Both the position numbers and the translations under genes were made by a program. This document shows positions 28,480 through 37,140 of a stretch of DNA of 64,000 nucleotides, in pieces. This DNA comes from Verrucomicrobiaceae bacterium (GTDB lineage: Bacteria; Pseudomonadota; Gammaproteobacteria; Pseudomonadales; CAMLJR01), in assembly GCA_028293825.1 (NCBI GenBank), contig JAQGNY010000017.1:18505-82504 (forward strand). The letters are read 5' to 3'. The notes under the pieces were generated by a model that was not told where the DNA came from, did no database searches, and worked only from the letters and a program-made list of their open reading frames with translations. Positions within the stretch are counted from its first letter, which is position 1. Each line of letters opens with the position of its first letter.

Positions 28480-28776
28480 TTATTGCGCTGCGCGAATCGG
28501 TGTCACTGCAGCCACTGTATCGACGACAGGTGCTGCTATTGCGTCGGCCAATGCGTCGTTCGATCCCTTACACAATTTCGCTACCGCATCGCGATTCTTC
28601 GATAAAAATAATCCAATCGCTTCCGCTTGAGCGGAGCTGATATCGGCAGCGGCCGATTTCACCGCCACGGCGAAATGCTCGCCGATTTCGAGCATCTGAT
28701 CGTGTTTATCCGCTTCTGATTTGCTGGTATGCATACTGTTGTCTCGGTCTACTTGCCACATCGGAATAACGGCCAT
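28480..28776 (-). CDS. yebG: YebG-family DNA-damage-inducible protein
   Basis: I trimmed the ORF to MAVIPMWQVDRDNSMHTSKSEADKHDQMLEIGE...AEAIGLFLSKNRDAVAKL. This parallels E. coli YebG (MAVEVKYVV...FTSKKEADAYDKMLD...EALSLWLAEQKDVL), by recollection. A LexA box lies upstream. Confidence 0.75.
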   Translation of the reverse strand: MAVIPMWQVDRDNSMHTSKSEADKHDQMLEIGEHFAVAVKSAAADISSAQAEAIGLFLSKNRDAVAKLCKGSNDALADAIAAPVVDTVAAVTPIRAAQ

Positions 28777-28833
28777 TTGAAAACTCCTGCCACGCACAAG
28801 GGAAAAGGGCTTGATTTACCGGATCGCACTTTA

Positions 28834-28849
28834 CTGGTTTTATATACAG
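28834..28849. promoter_or_regulatory. LexA (SOS) box upstream of yebG
   Basis: taCTGGTTTTATATACAGc fits the CTG-N10-CAG gamma-proteobacterial SOS-box pattern (consensus CTGT-N8-ACAG) with one mismatch. It lies 58-73 bp upstream of the yebG ATG. Confidence 0.65.
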
Positions 28850-29040
28850 CTTTACAAATGATTTCGCCACGCCGGCCCAACCCATTCGGTGCGCTCTGAT
28901 CGCATTGCAATAGAGCGATAACTCATCGGGGAAAAATCTTGGCTTGGCGTTTGCCTTGATTCGACGCGCGACTGCTTTAAATTTTTAAAAAATCAGTCGC
29001 CCGCAAAAATGCAATCGAGTTTTTTCATTTGGGTGAATTC

Positions 29041-29859
29041 ATGTTTAAAGCTGCTCTCATTTTTTTTAGTTTCATTGTGTTTGCATTCGCTGGTCATGCA
29101 GCGCCGTTATCAGCGCGTGAATTGGCCGATTTAGCACCGAGTGGAAAATTACGCATCGGTATTAATACCGGCAATATGCTGCTCACCGGCACTGACCCGG
29201 TCACGGGAAAACCGCGCGGTATCGCGTTCGATTTGGCGGCTGAATTGACGCGACGTGTCGGTATTCCGGTGGAAATCGTCACCTTCGATTCGGCCGGGAA
29301 GTTAGCCGCTGGCGTCAAAACCAATGCATGGGATGTGGCATTTCTCGGCATCGAGCCCGAGCGTGCCGAAGGCATTCATTTCACCGCGCCGTATGCGGAA
29401 ATCGAATCGACGTATTTGGTGCCGGCCGGCTCGCCGCTGCGAGAAGTGGCCGATGTCGATCGCAAGGGCGTACGTATTGCAATCTCGGATAAGAGCGCTT
29501 ATGACCTATATCTAAGCCGCAATTTGCACAATGCGAATTTGGTGCGAGTACCGGGTGAGCCAGGCGTGCCTGGAATCGAGGGCGCATTTAATGCGTACGT
29601 CGCGCAAAAGCTCGACGCACTCGCCGGCCTTAAACCAGTACTGATTGCCTATGCGGATAAACAGCCGGGCTCGCGGGTTTTGGCGGGGCATATCAGCATT
29701 GTGAAACAGGCTATCGGTACGCCCAATGGTCGCGATGCCGGCGCTAAATATCTGCGCGAATTTGTCGAGGATATTAAAGCCTCAGGATTGGTAGCAAAGA
29801 CTCTCGATAAAAATGGCGCACGCGGTGTTTTGGTCGCGCCGCCGCAAGCCGTTCGATAA
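29041..29859 (+). CDS. Periplasmic solute-binding protein, family 3 (amino-acid-type)
   Basis: The signal peptide is MFKAALIFFSFIVFAFAGHA. The body is SBP_bac_3-like (KLRIGINTGN...GIAFDLAAELTRRVGIPVEIVTFDSAGK...). No cognate permease or ATPase gene is adjacent. Confidence 0.8.
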   Translation: MFKAALIFFSFIVFAFAGHAAPLSARELADLAPSGKLRIGINTGNMLLTGTDPVTGKPRGIAFDLAAELTRRVGIPVEIVTFDSAGKLAAGVKTNAWDVAFLGIEPERAEGIHFTAPYAEIESTYLVPAGSPLREVADVDRKGVRIAISDKSAYDLYLSRNLHNANLVRVPGEPGVPGIEGAFNAYVAQKLDALAGLKPVLIAYADKQPGSRVLAGHISIVKQAIGTPNGRDAGAKYLREFVEDIKASGLVAKTLDKNGARGVLVAPPQAVR

Positions 29860-29892
29860 AACCCCAACGCTTGTGCTGTTGCTCAGTCAACA

Positions 29893-29938
29893 TTTAACGC
29901 AACACAGTGCTGATATATCAGCACTGTGTTGCGTTAAA
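29893..29938. repeat. Perfect 46-bp palindrome (23-bp arms)
   Basis: I verified base by base that TTTAACGCAACACAGTGCTGATA|TATCAGCACTGTGTTGCGTTAAA is a perfect palindrome. A T7 run follows 6 nt downstream (gcgagtaTTTTTTT). It lies 34 nt after the SBP stop. Confidence 0.9.
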
Positions 29939-30132
29939 GCGAGTATTTTTTTGAAGAAATAAAATTTAACGTAGTGAAAAATTATTTTAATTTTAGTTTT
30001 ACCTGCAGTAATTCAGCACTTTTCAGCATCTTCCAACAGCGGGGTTCAGTGACTTTTTAACTGGCGCGCTAGTTGCCTCCCCGTTCAACGCTAATCATTT
30101 AAGTTGTCCGCAGGTTACCCACGAGGGTTTTC

Positions 30133-31800
30133 ATGAAGCGTCTGCTCTATTTAATTCACCGTTGGGTGGGCATCGCGCTCGCACTGTTTATGTTCGTCTG
30201 GTTCACATCCGGCTTGATCATCATGTATGCCGGCCCGTCGGCATTAAGTCCGGCCGAGCAATTGGCGCATCGTGATGCGGTAAACCCACAAGCCGGTTGG
30301 CTGAGTCTTGGCGACGCATGGAAAATCAGCGCCGTGCAGCGGGCCAAATTACCCGAAGTAAAATCACGCGAAGGCGCGGCGATGAATCATACAAAGGCTG
30401 CCGAGCACGAAGACGCTGAAGTCGATTCGATTGTCACTGCGCGTTTAGTGAGCCAAGCCGAGCAGCCGTTATGGTTGGTTGAAAACAGCAAGGGACAGCG
30501 TTTTGCGTTATCCGCGCGCGATGGATCGCTGCACGAAACCTCAGCGGCGGAAGCGGCGCAAATTGCTTCGAGCTGGATAGCCAACCGTGACGCAGCGCAA
30601 TCGGTAATTAAATATCTCAATACCGGACCGCAGGACAGTAGCGTGCGCAATCTGGAAGCGATCCGTCCGTTTCATCGTTTTGCGGTCGGTGAAGCGGGGC
30701 GCGAATTATTGATTTCCGCCCGCACCGGCGAAGTGGCGCGCGATTCCACACCGTTTACGCGCGGCTTGTATTGGACTGGCAATTGGATTCATTTATTGCG
30801 CCCGATCGAAGCGATCAGCGACGCAGCCACCCGCCGCAACGTGCAAATCTGGTCGGGCTTTTTTGCAATTGCCGCGAGCCTGACTGGCCTCATCATCGGC
30901 TGGCAACGCTGGCGTCCGGGTTGGGGTGGACGCCGCACTTACAGCGAAGGCCGCAACCATCCCTATCGCGATGTGTGGAATACCTGGCATTTCTGGGTCG
31001 GCTTGATTGGAGGCAGTGCGGCGTTGCTGTGGGCATTCAGCGGCTATTTGAGTACGAACCCGTTTCAGATTTTTTCGCCGGCCAATCCCGATAAACAGGA
31101 GTTAACCCAGTACCGAGGCGAGCAAACGCCCGCTGTGATGTTGAACTGGCGCCCCACTGCGCTCGATACCGACAACGCTAATGAGCAAATCGTCGAATTA
31201 GCGTGGCGCAGTTTGGGCGAGCAAGCTGTGTTGTTAGGCATCACACGCGATGGCGATCGAATTCCACAAACGGTTGCCGGGGCAGTGACGCAGTTTAGCG
31301 AGCTTGCACTACTCGATGCGGCCACGCGATTGTCGAACAACACGGCAATCGCGACGTACACGCTGCAAACGGCATACGACAGTTATTACTACCCGCGTCA
31401 TCATCAAAATGCAGTTGAAAAAGCGTTGCCGGTATTACGTGTCGATCTCGCCGATAAAGTCGGCACGCGCTTGTATCTCGATCCGCAGGACGGACGTTTA
31501 TTGTTAAAACAGGATGCGAGCCGTCGCGTGTATCGCTGGTTGTATTCGGCGCTGCATCACTGGGATTTTGGCTGGTTGTACTACCGACCGATTTGGGACT
31601 TGTGGATGTTGCCGCTGGTGCTGATGGGCGTTGTGCTCGGTGGAACGTCGGTGGTGTTGGGATGGAAGCGGCTGCAAATCGAATTCAAGCCGAAGAAGAA
31701 AAAGAAACGCGCCGGCGTTGCCAAGCCTGCGCGTCCCATCAAAGCTGAGCCGACCGCTCAAACCGAACCCGAACTGGCGCCAAATTTACAGAGTTCATAA
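30133..31800 (+). CDS. PepSY-associated TM helix domain membrane protein
   Basis: The N-terminus MKRLLYLIHRWVGIALALFMFVWFTSGLIIMYAG and the later LHHWDFGWLY... helix are typical of the PepSY_TM/PiuB-like family. The C-terminal tail is Lys-rich (KPKKKKKRAG). Confidence 0.8.
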   Translation: MKRLLYLIHRWVGIALALFMFVWFTSGLIIMYAGPSALSPAEQLAHRDAVNPQAGWLSLGDAWKISAVQRAKLPEVKSREGAAMNHTKAAEHEDAEVDSIVTARLVSQAEQPLWLVENSKGQRFALSARDGSLHETSAAEAAQIASSWIANRDAAQSVIKYLNTGPQDSSVRNLEAIRPFHRFAVGEAGRELLISARTGEVARDSTPFTRGLYWTGNWIHLLRPIEAISDAATRRNVQIWSGFFAIAASLTGLIIGWQRWRPGWGGRRTYSEGRNHPYRDVWNTWHFWVGLIGGSAALLWAFSGYLSTNPFQIFSPANPDKQELTQYRGEQTPAVMLNWRPTALDTDNANEQIVELAWRSLGEQAVLLGITRDGDRIPQTVAGAVTQFSELALLDAATRLSNNTAIATYTLQTAYDSYYYPRHHQNAVEKALPVLRVDLADKVGTRLYLDPQDGRLLLKQDASRRVYRWLYSALHHWDFGWLYYRPIWDLWMLPLVLMGVVLGGTSVVLGWKRLQIEFKPKKKKKRAGVAKPARPIKAEPTAQTEPELAPNLQSS

Positions 31801-31841
31801 ATCAATTCATTTATTTAATTCATTAAGCGAGCGAACACACG

Positions 31842-32297
31842 ATGCGAATTTCTTTTCACCAAATAACTGCTGGATTTCTGATAAGTCTTTTTGCGGTAAG
31901 CGGCTACGCGGTCGAGCTCAATTCCCACGCAGTCGAATTTAAAGCGCCGAAAGATATCCCTTGGGTGCGCAACGCTGAAGGCACCAGCGAGCGCGCCGTA
32001 TTATTCGGCGATCCTGATAAGCCCGGTCCTTACGTTATCCGCATTAAATGGTTGCCGAACAACTTCAGCCGTCCGCACTTTCACAATTCAGATCGCTTTT
32101 TTACCGTGATTTCCGGGACGTGGTGGGTCGGTACCAGCGATAAATTCGATCCAGAAAATACCGTACCGATGCGGGCCGGCACTTACGTCATTCACAAGGC
32201 TGGTCAGGTGCATTTCGACGGCGCTAAAGATGAAGAAGTAATTATCGAATTGACCGGCATTGGCCCGGTAACATCGACGCCCGCAGCAAAAAAATAA
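31842..32297 (+). CDS. Secreted cupin-domain protein
   Basis: The signal peptide is ITAGFLISLFAVSGYA. A cupin-like core follows (PHFHNSDRFFTVISGTWWVG...GTYVIHKAGQVHFDG). Confidence 0.7.
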   Translation: MRISFHQITAGFLISLFAVSGYAVELNSHAVEFKAPKDIPWVRNAEGTSERAVLFGDPDKPGPYVIRIKWLPNNFSRPHFHNSDRFFTVISGTWWVGTSDKFDPENTVPMRAGTYVIHKAGQVHFDGAKDEEVIIELTGIGPVTSTPAAKK

Positions 32298-32347
32298 TTG
32301 TCATTTATAAGTTACAAATGAAGCCGCGTGTTTTTGGGGGAAAACTA

Positions 32348-32524
32348 ATGAAACGACATCTATTAACAGCGGCGCTTTTACTTACAGCAGTAATTTTCTT
32401 TGGCATCGGTTGGAGTAGCAGCAGCGCAATATTGTTTTTGATCGGACTTACTGCTGAATACTTTTTTTGGATTCGCGTACTGCGTAAAAAAATAATGCAG
32501 CCGCGTTGCTCAACTTGTAATTAA
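32348..32524 (+). CDS. Small hypothetical membrane protein (58 aa)
   Basis: GGGGGA lies 7 nt upstream of the ATG. It has two predicted TM helices (LLTAALLLTAVIFFGIGW and ILFLIGLTAEYFFWI). I recognise no family. Confidence 0.4.
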   Translation: MKRHLLTAALLLTAVIFFGIGWSSSSAILFLIGLTAEYFFWIRVLRKKIMQPRCSTCN

Positions 32525-32812
32525 ACGACTCCACCGCTCAAGTGAAATGCTGCTGCGGCTGGTTCGAATTCTCTGCTAAGTTACGGTGACCCCGCAGTTA
32601 TTAATACTCGATAAAAACCCATGCTCTATATTCAAACAGACGGCGCAACTCCGTTGCAGTGCGTTGTGGATACCCCAGCTTAAGTTTTAAGTAACGGAAA
32701 ATTGCGCTCCGCAATCGAGCGCCCTTGTCAGTGTCTTCCTCAACTCAGCAATTTCGATCATGCTTAATCGAAGCGAAAGCGCTAATTTATCGGCAGTCGA
32801 GGGGATATTTCA

Positions 32813-33697
32813 TTGAATTCAGTAGCGGCAGAAAATTACCGTTCGAGATTGCGCAAGGTGCTTGCGTATATCGATGTGAATCTTGACAGCGATCTTACTG
32901 TCGAGCGTCTGAGTGAAGTTGCCGCCTTTTCAAAATTTCATTTTCATCGGCAGTTTTCCGAACATTTTGGGATTGGCGTATACAAATTTGTGCAGTTGAG
33001 TCGCTTAAAGCGGGCGTCTTATCTATTGGCTTATCGCGACGATCAATCAATTACCGACATAGCGTTGGGCTGCGGTTACGAAGGTCCGGAAGCTTTTGCG
33101 CGCGCATTTCGTAAAAACATCGGACAGTCTCCCTCTGAGTTCAGAAAAAAACCACTGTGGAACGAATGGCACACGATGTATCAGCCATTAAATGAATTGC
33201 GGAGCAAGCATATGAAGCCGGAGAATGGTCTTGATAACGTGAAAATAATTAATTTTTTGGAGACGAGGGTTGCGGTTTTTGGGCACCGCGGCGATCCGCA
33301 ATTGCTAGGTGATTCCATTCGTCAATTTATCGCTTGGCGAAAGCAAAATAAATTGCCTCCTTCAGTCAGTGCCACATTCAATATCGTTTATGACGATCCA
33401 GTCGATACTCAGCCGGATGCCTACCGCTTCGATTTATGCGCGGCAACTGATCGTGAAATTACGCCGAATGAGTTCGGTGTTGTTGGAAAAGTAATTCCGG
33501 CGGGACGTTGCGCTGTTCTGCGACACATTGGTTCGGATGATCATTTGGCGGCAGCAGTAACTTACTTGTATGGAGAATGGTTGCCGCAGAGTGGCGAAGA
33601 AATGCGCGATTTTCCGCTGTTTTTACAGCGAGTAAAATTTTTCCCGGATGTTGCCGAGCACGAAGTGATTGTTGATATATTTCTTCCGTTGAAATAA
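32813..33697 (+). CDS. AraC-family regulator with GyrI-like effector-binding domain
   Basis: The start is a TTG with GAGGGG 8 nt upstream. The AraC HTH shows SKFHFHRQFSEHFGIGVYKFVQLSRLKRASYLL...ITDIALGCGYEGPEAFARAFRKNIGQSPSEFR. A GyrI-like C-terminal half follows. Confidence 0.85.
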   Translation: MNSVAAENYRSRLRKVLAYIDVNLDSDLTVERLSEVAAFSKFHFHRQFSEHFGIGVYKFVQLSRLKRASYLLAYRDDQSITDIALGCGYEGPEAFARAFRKNIGQSPSEFRKKPLWNEWHTMYQPLNELRSKHMKPENGLDNVKIINFLETRVAVFGHRGDPQLLGDSIRQFIAWRKQNKLPPSVSATFNIVYDDPVDTQPDAYRFDLCAATDREITPNEFGVVGKVIPAGRCAVLRHIGSDDHLAAAVTYLYGEWLPQSGEEMRDFPLFLQRVKFFPDVAEHEVIVDIFLPLK

Positions 33698-33805
33698 GTG
33701 TTTAGGCCAATCTGATCGTTCGCCCCTAGTATCGAAGATGAGATTGTCAGAGCGGTTAATTGATTATTCTAGAACGCTCAAATCGCAATTTAGTGTCGGC
33801 GTTAG

Positions 33806-33886
33806 ATTGATGTCATCAAGACGCTGCCGCGGCTGGACAACGGCAAGCTATATACACAGAAATTAAAAAATCTATATTCGATTTAA
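33806..33886 (+). pseudogene. Relic of the 3' end of an AMP-dependent synthetase/ligase gene
   Basis: A 26-codon open frame reads IDVIKTLPRLDNGKLYTQKLKNLYSI*. It resembles the conserved C-terminal LP(K/R)xxxGK(I/L)xxxxL tail of adenylate-forming enzymes. An in-frame stop lies immediately upstream (33803-33805) and no upstream body is present. Confidence 0.3.
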
Positions 33887-33986
33887 TTGGGAGCGATTAG
33901 GTTAATTAGATGTGATTAGGGCATTGCTTTTGATTTAAGCACGCAATGCCCATGTGTGACATGTTAAGCGCAGATGCTGAGAGCAC

Positions 33987-34265
33987 TTAATAGTCCATGT
34001 CCCACGCTGGATTAATTAAGGGCTGCTTATCAGCAAACATATAGTGCATTCCCTCAATCTCTGAATCTATATCAGCAGAAAAATCGGGATCGTTTTCTGC
34101 GATGCGGCGAATCAGTTGCGCCTCAGTCTCCGGTGCCGTTTCAATCCAGCGCTGCACGCGCTGCGAAAACAGGCGCGAATATAACTCGTAATACAGCCCG
34201 GCTGGTTGCAGGACTTCATTGGCTAACACGTCTAACTGTTTATGAACTTCTTGCTGCGTAATCAT
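33987..34265 (-). CDS. Hypothetical protein (92 aa)
   Basis: I trimmed ORF 33987..34373 to the ATG at 34265 (MITQQEVHKQLDVLANEV...), which has AAGGA 7 nt upstream. The protein is acidic and I recognise no family. Confidence 0.45.
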   Translation of the reverse strand: MITQQEVHKQLDVLANEVLQPAGLYYELYSRLFSQRVQRWIETAPETEAQLIRRIAENDPDFSADIDSEIEGMHYMFADKQPLINPAWDMDY

Positions 34266-34472
34266 TTCTTTATCCTTTAGCTCCTGCTGGAGCATCACTC
34301 CACGGCGTCTATAAGCGCCAAGTACGACTGCAGGATGCCAGCGCAAAGCTGAACCTCTAATGAATACCAACATTTAGCGCCTGTCATTGCTGGATAGTTA
34401 ATAATTGGACCTGCCCCGTTTCATGTAACATATCCGACACAATTTCTTAACAGTCCGGCTTAGCCGAATCCC

Positions 34473-36230
34473 ATGGCACATCTCATTAAAATAATGAAGC
34501 GCGAGTTCAAACAATTGTCTGTGAAAAATTTGGCGCCCTGGAAGGAGCTAGGCCTCATTACCTGTTGCTATTTGTTGTCGTTGCTGCCGCCGTTTATTTT
34601 GGAATGGTGGCGAGACTTTTCCGGTGTTTACTACCTTTATGACAAGCGTAACTCCTACGGCATCGATACCTTGCTAATCGTGGTATTGGTCGCGATGGGG
34701 TTGGGATGCGTGACCGAATATTTCGGTCGCTGGCGCCACATTGTGTTCACGCTGCTGATTTTTTTCCTCGTCTTTCTCGGCATGTTGGCAACGGGTCATG
34801 TGGTTTTATACGGCGCCCCAATTTCTGTTGGCGCGATCGATGCTTTGCTCGGCACTGATTTGCACGAAGCGATGGAGTTTTTAAGCTTTCAGTGGAGCTA
34901 CGCGTTAGCGGCAACCTGTGCGGGTTTTGCGATTTTATTAGTCGGCAGCGTGTTTTGGATAACTCCACAGTTGCGCATACGCGCGAATTCTTTTTTACCC
35001 CACGGATTTGCCTGGCCACTCTTCGCGGTGTTGGTGCTGGCCGTCTATCAACACCCGGCGGTGGCTGCGCAAAATCGCGCGGCCGTCGCGCAGATGCAAT
35101 TTTGGTCGCGTGTTTACGATTTAAATAATCAGGTGCCGAGCTTGCGCATTTTGCGCAATGTTAGCGAATGGTTTAGCTATCGCGAATGGTTGACCGAAAT
35201 GCAGACGCAGCGCGCGGCTTATAGTTTTCACGCCACGCAAACGCTGCCGGCGCCGCGCACTGTTGTGATTGTGCTCGGTGAGTCGATGCGTCGCAGTAAT
35301 CTTAGCTTGTATGGCTACGGTAAAAAAACCACACCGAATCTCGATGCTCGGCGCGAACAATTATTAATTTTCAACCGCGCGGTTTCCGCTGCAAACCAAA
35401 CTGTTCCCAGTGTCACGATGATGTTGACGACCGCGAGTGTGCTCGACCCGAATAAATTTTTGTTCGAGCCGTCGCTTTTGACCGCTGCCAAAGAAGCGGG
35501 ATACCAAACGTACTGGTTGTCCAATCAGGGCCGTGTTGGTCAATTCGAATCGAAAATATCGCTGGTGGCGCACGACGCGGACAAGCGCGTATTTACCAAT
35601 ACCGAATTCTACGGCAGCGTTTTCGACGAAAAATTATTGCGGCCCTTTCAAACGGCATTGCAGGATGCACAACCGCTCAAGTTGATTGTGGTGCATTTGC
35701 AGGGCAGCCATCAAAGCTACGAAAATCGTTATCCGACAGAGTTTGATTTTTTCAAAGAGGATCAATACATCGCGCACTCCGTTGACGACGCTAAGCACAA
35801 TGTTGTAATGGCTGAATATGACAACAGCATTCGCTATACCGACTTTTTATTGGGAAAGATTTTTGCGCAATTAGAAAAACAACCGGGCAGCATGTTGTTA
35901 TTTGTCAGCGATCATGGCGAACGCTTTTACGAAAACGGCGTGGCGAGTGCGGGTCATGGTTATTCGCGGCCGACTAAAACCGAGTTCCAGGTGCCATTCT
36001 TTATTTGGTGCAACGGCGGTTGTGCGCCGGATTGGAAAAGTGCATCCCGGCAACATCTTAATCTTGAGTTCAGCACTGAAAATGTTTTTCAAACCGGCGC
36101 CAATATGCTGGGTCTGCAAATGGATAATTACCATGCGAGATCCGATATTTTAAGCACGTCGTATGTGTCATATCCGCCACAGGTTATCGCGACTGAACGT
36201 AACGTACTGAATTACGCGATGTTGCCGTAA
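34473..36230 (+). CDS. Phosphoethanolamine transferase (EptA/CptA-type, sulfatase-fold)
   Basis: The N-terminal domain is multi-TM. The sulfatase-like domain shows VVIVLGESMRRSNLSLYGY...TTPNLD...NQTVPSVTMMLT...VVHLQGSHQSYENRYP...YDNSIRYTDF...LFVSDHGE. Confidence 0.85.
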   Translation: MAHLIKIMKREFKQLSVKNLAPWKELGLITCCYLLSLLPPFILEWWRDFSGVYYLYDKRNSYGIDTLLIVVLVAMGLGCVTEYFGRWRHIVFTLLIFFLVFLGMLATGHVVLYGAPISVGAIDALLGTDLHEAMEFLSFQWSYALAATCAGFAILLVGSVFWITPQLRIRANSFLPHGFAWPLFAVLVLAVYQHPAVAAQNRAAVAQMQFWSRVYDLNNQVPSLRILRNVSEWFSYREWLTEMQTQRAAYSFHATQTLPAPRTVVIVLGESMRRSNLSLYGYGKKTTPNLDARREQLLIFNRAVSAANQTVPSVTMMLTTASVLDPNKFLFEPSLLTAAKEAGYQTYWLSNQGRVGQFESKISLVAHDADKRVFTNTEFYGSVFDEKLLRPFQTALQDAQPLKLIVVHLQGSHQSYENRYPTEFDFFKEDQYIAHSVDDAKHNVVMAEYDNSIRYTDFLLGKIFAQLEKQPGSMLLFVSDHGERFYENGVASAGHGYSRPTKTEFQVPFFIWCNGGCAPDWKSASRQHLNLEFSTENVFQTGANMLGLQMDNYHARSDILSTSYVSYPPQVIATERNVLNYAMLP

Positions 36231-36310
36231 GCGTTTTTCTGCTTGGCTGTCGCTTTTTTGTTAACTTGTTTTCGTACACTGCGAGACCAATTACAACGGA
36301 GCCTTTCGTT

Positions 36311-37036
36311 ATGACTTATCGTTTTTTATGGGCCGCAATTTTTATCGCGTTGAACGGTCTTTCGGCACATGCGGACAATAATTGTTTGCCACCGCAATTG
36401 TCAGCGCAAGCTGAAGGATTTGTCGAAGCAGTGCCGGATTTGGTTATTGTCGATGTGACTGTTTCGCACACGGCACCGACACTGGTCGAAGCGAAAAAAC
36501 GTGTCGATCAAATCGGCAATGCAGTGATTCGCGCGGCCGATCAACAGCAGATCGATAAAGACGATATTCAGGCCAGCAAAATTCAGGCGGCGCCGGATTA
36601 CGATTGGAGCAACGGCAAGCGCGAATTGCGAGGCCAGCAGGTGTCGCGGCAATTCGAATTAAAGCTTCATGATATCGAGCGATACGGCGCGCTGGTACAA
36701 GGGCTCGCCGATGCGCAGGTCACACAAATTAACGGTATTCGCACCGAGTTTTCGAAGCAGCAGCAATTGGAGCAGGACGCTTTGCAGCAGGCGATTGCGA
36801 ATGTGCAGGCGAAAGCAAAAACAATGGCCGCAGGTTTCGGCCGTAAAATCGAGGGTGTTATTAACGTGGCGGAAGACGGCGGCCCAGCGCAATTTGGCCG
36901 TTTTGAGTTGCACGCAGTGACGCTGAGTAAAACGACAGGTGGCGACGACGAAGCGGCGCTTACGGTGGGCAAGCGTCGCATTTCAAAAAATATCTCGGCA
37001 ACGTTCAGGCTTGATGGCGATTGCACATCGAGGTAA
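36311..37036 (+). CDS. SIMPL (DUF541) domain periplasmic protein
   Basis: The ATG at 36311 begins MTYRFLWAAIFIALNGLSAHA, a signal peptide. The SIMPL-like core is VPDLVIVDVTVSHTAPTLVEAKKRVDQIGNAVI...LRGQQVSRQFELKL.... Confidence 0.8.
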   Translation: MTYRFLWAAIFIALNGLSAHADNNCLPPQLSAQAEGFVEAVPDLVIVDVTVSHTAPTLVEAKKRVDQIGNAVIRAADQQQIDKDDIQASKIQAAPDYDWSNGKRELRGQQVSRQFELKLHDIERYGALVQGLADAQVTQINGIRTEFSKQQQLEQDALQQAIANVQAKAKTMAAGFGRKIEGVINVAEDGGPAQFGRFELHAVTLSKTTGGDDEAALTVGKRRISKNISATFRLDGDCTSR

Positions 37037-37140
37037 AGCTTTCGCTTTGTTGGTGTGGAAATACTCAAAAATGAAAGGCCATTGTTCAATCGCCTTTTTT
37101 ATGTGTTGGCCGCGCGCGTATCAGCCACGCAGATGGCAAC

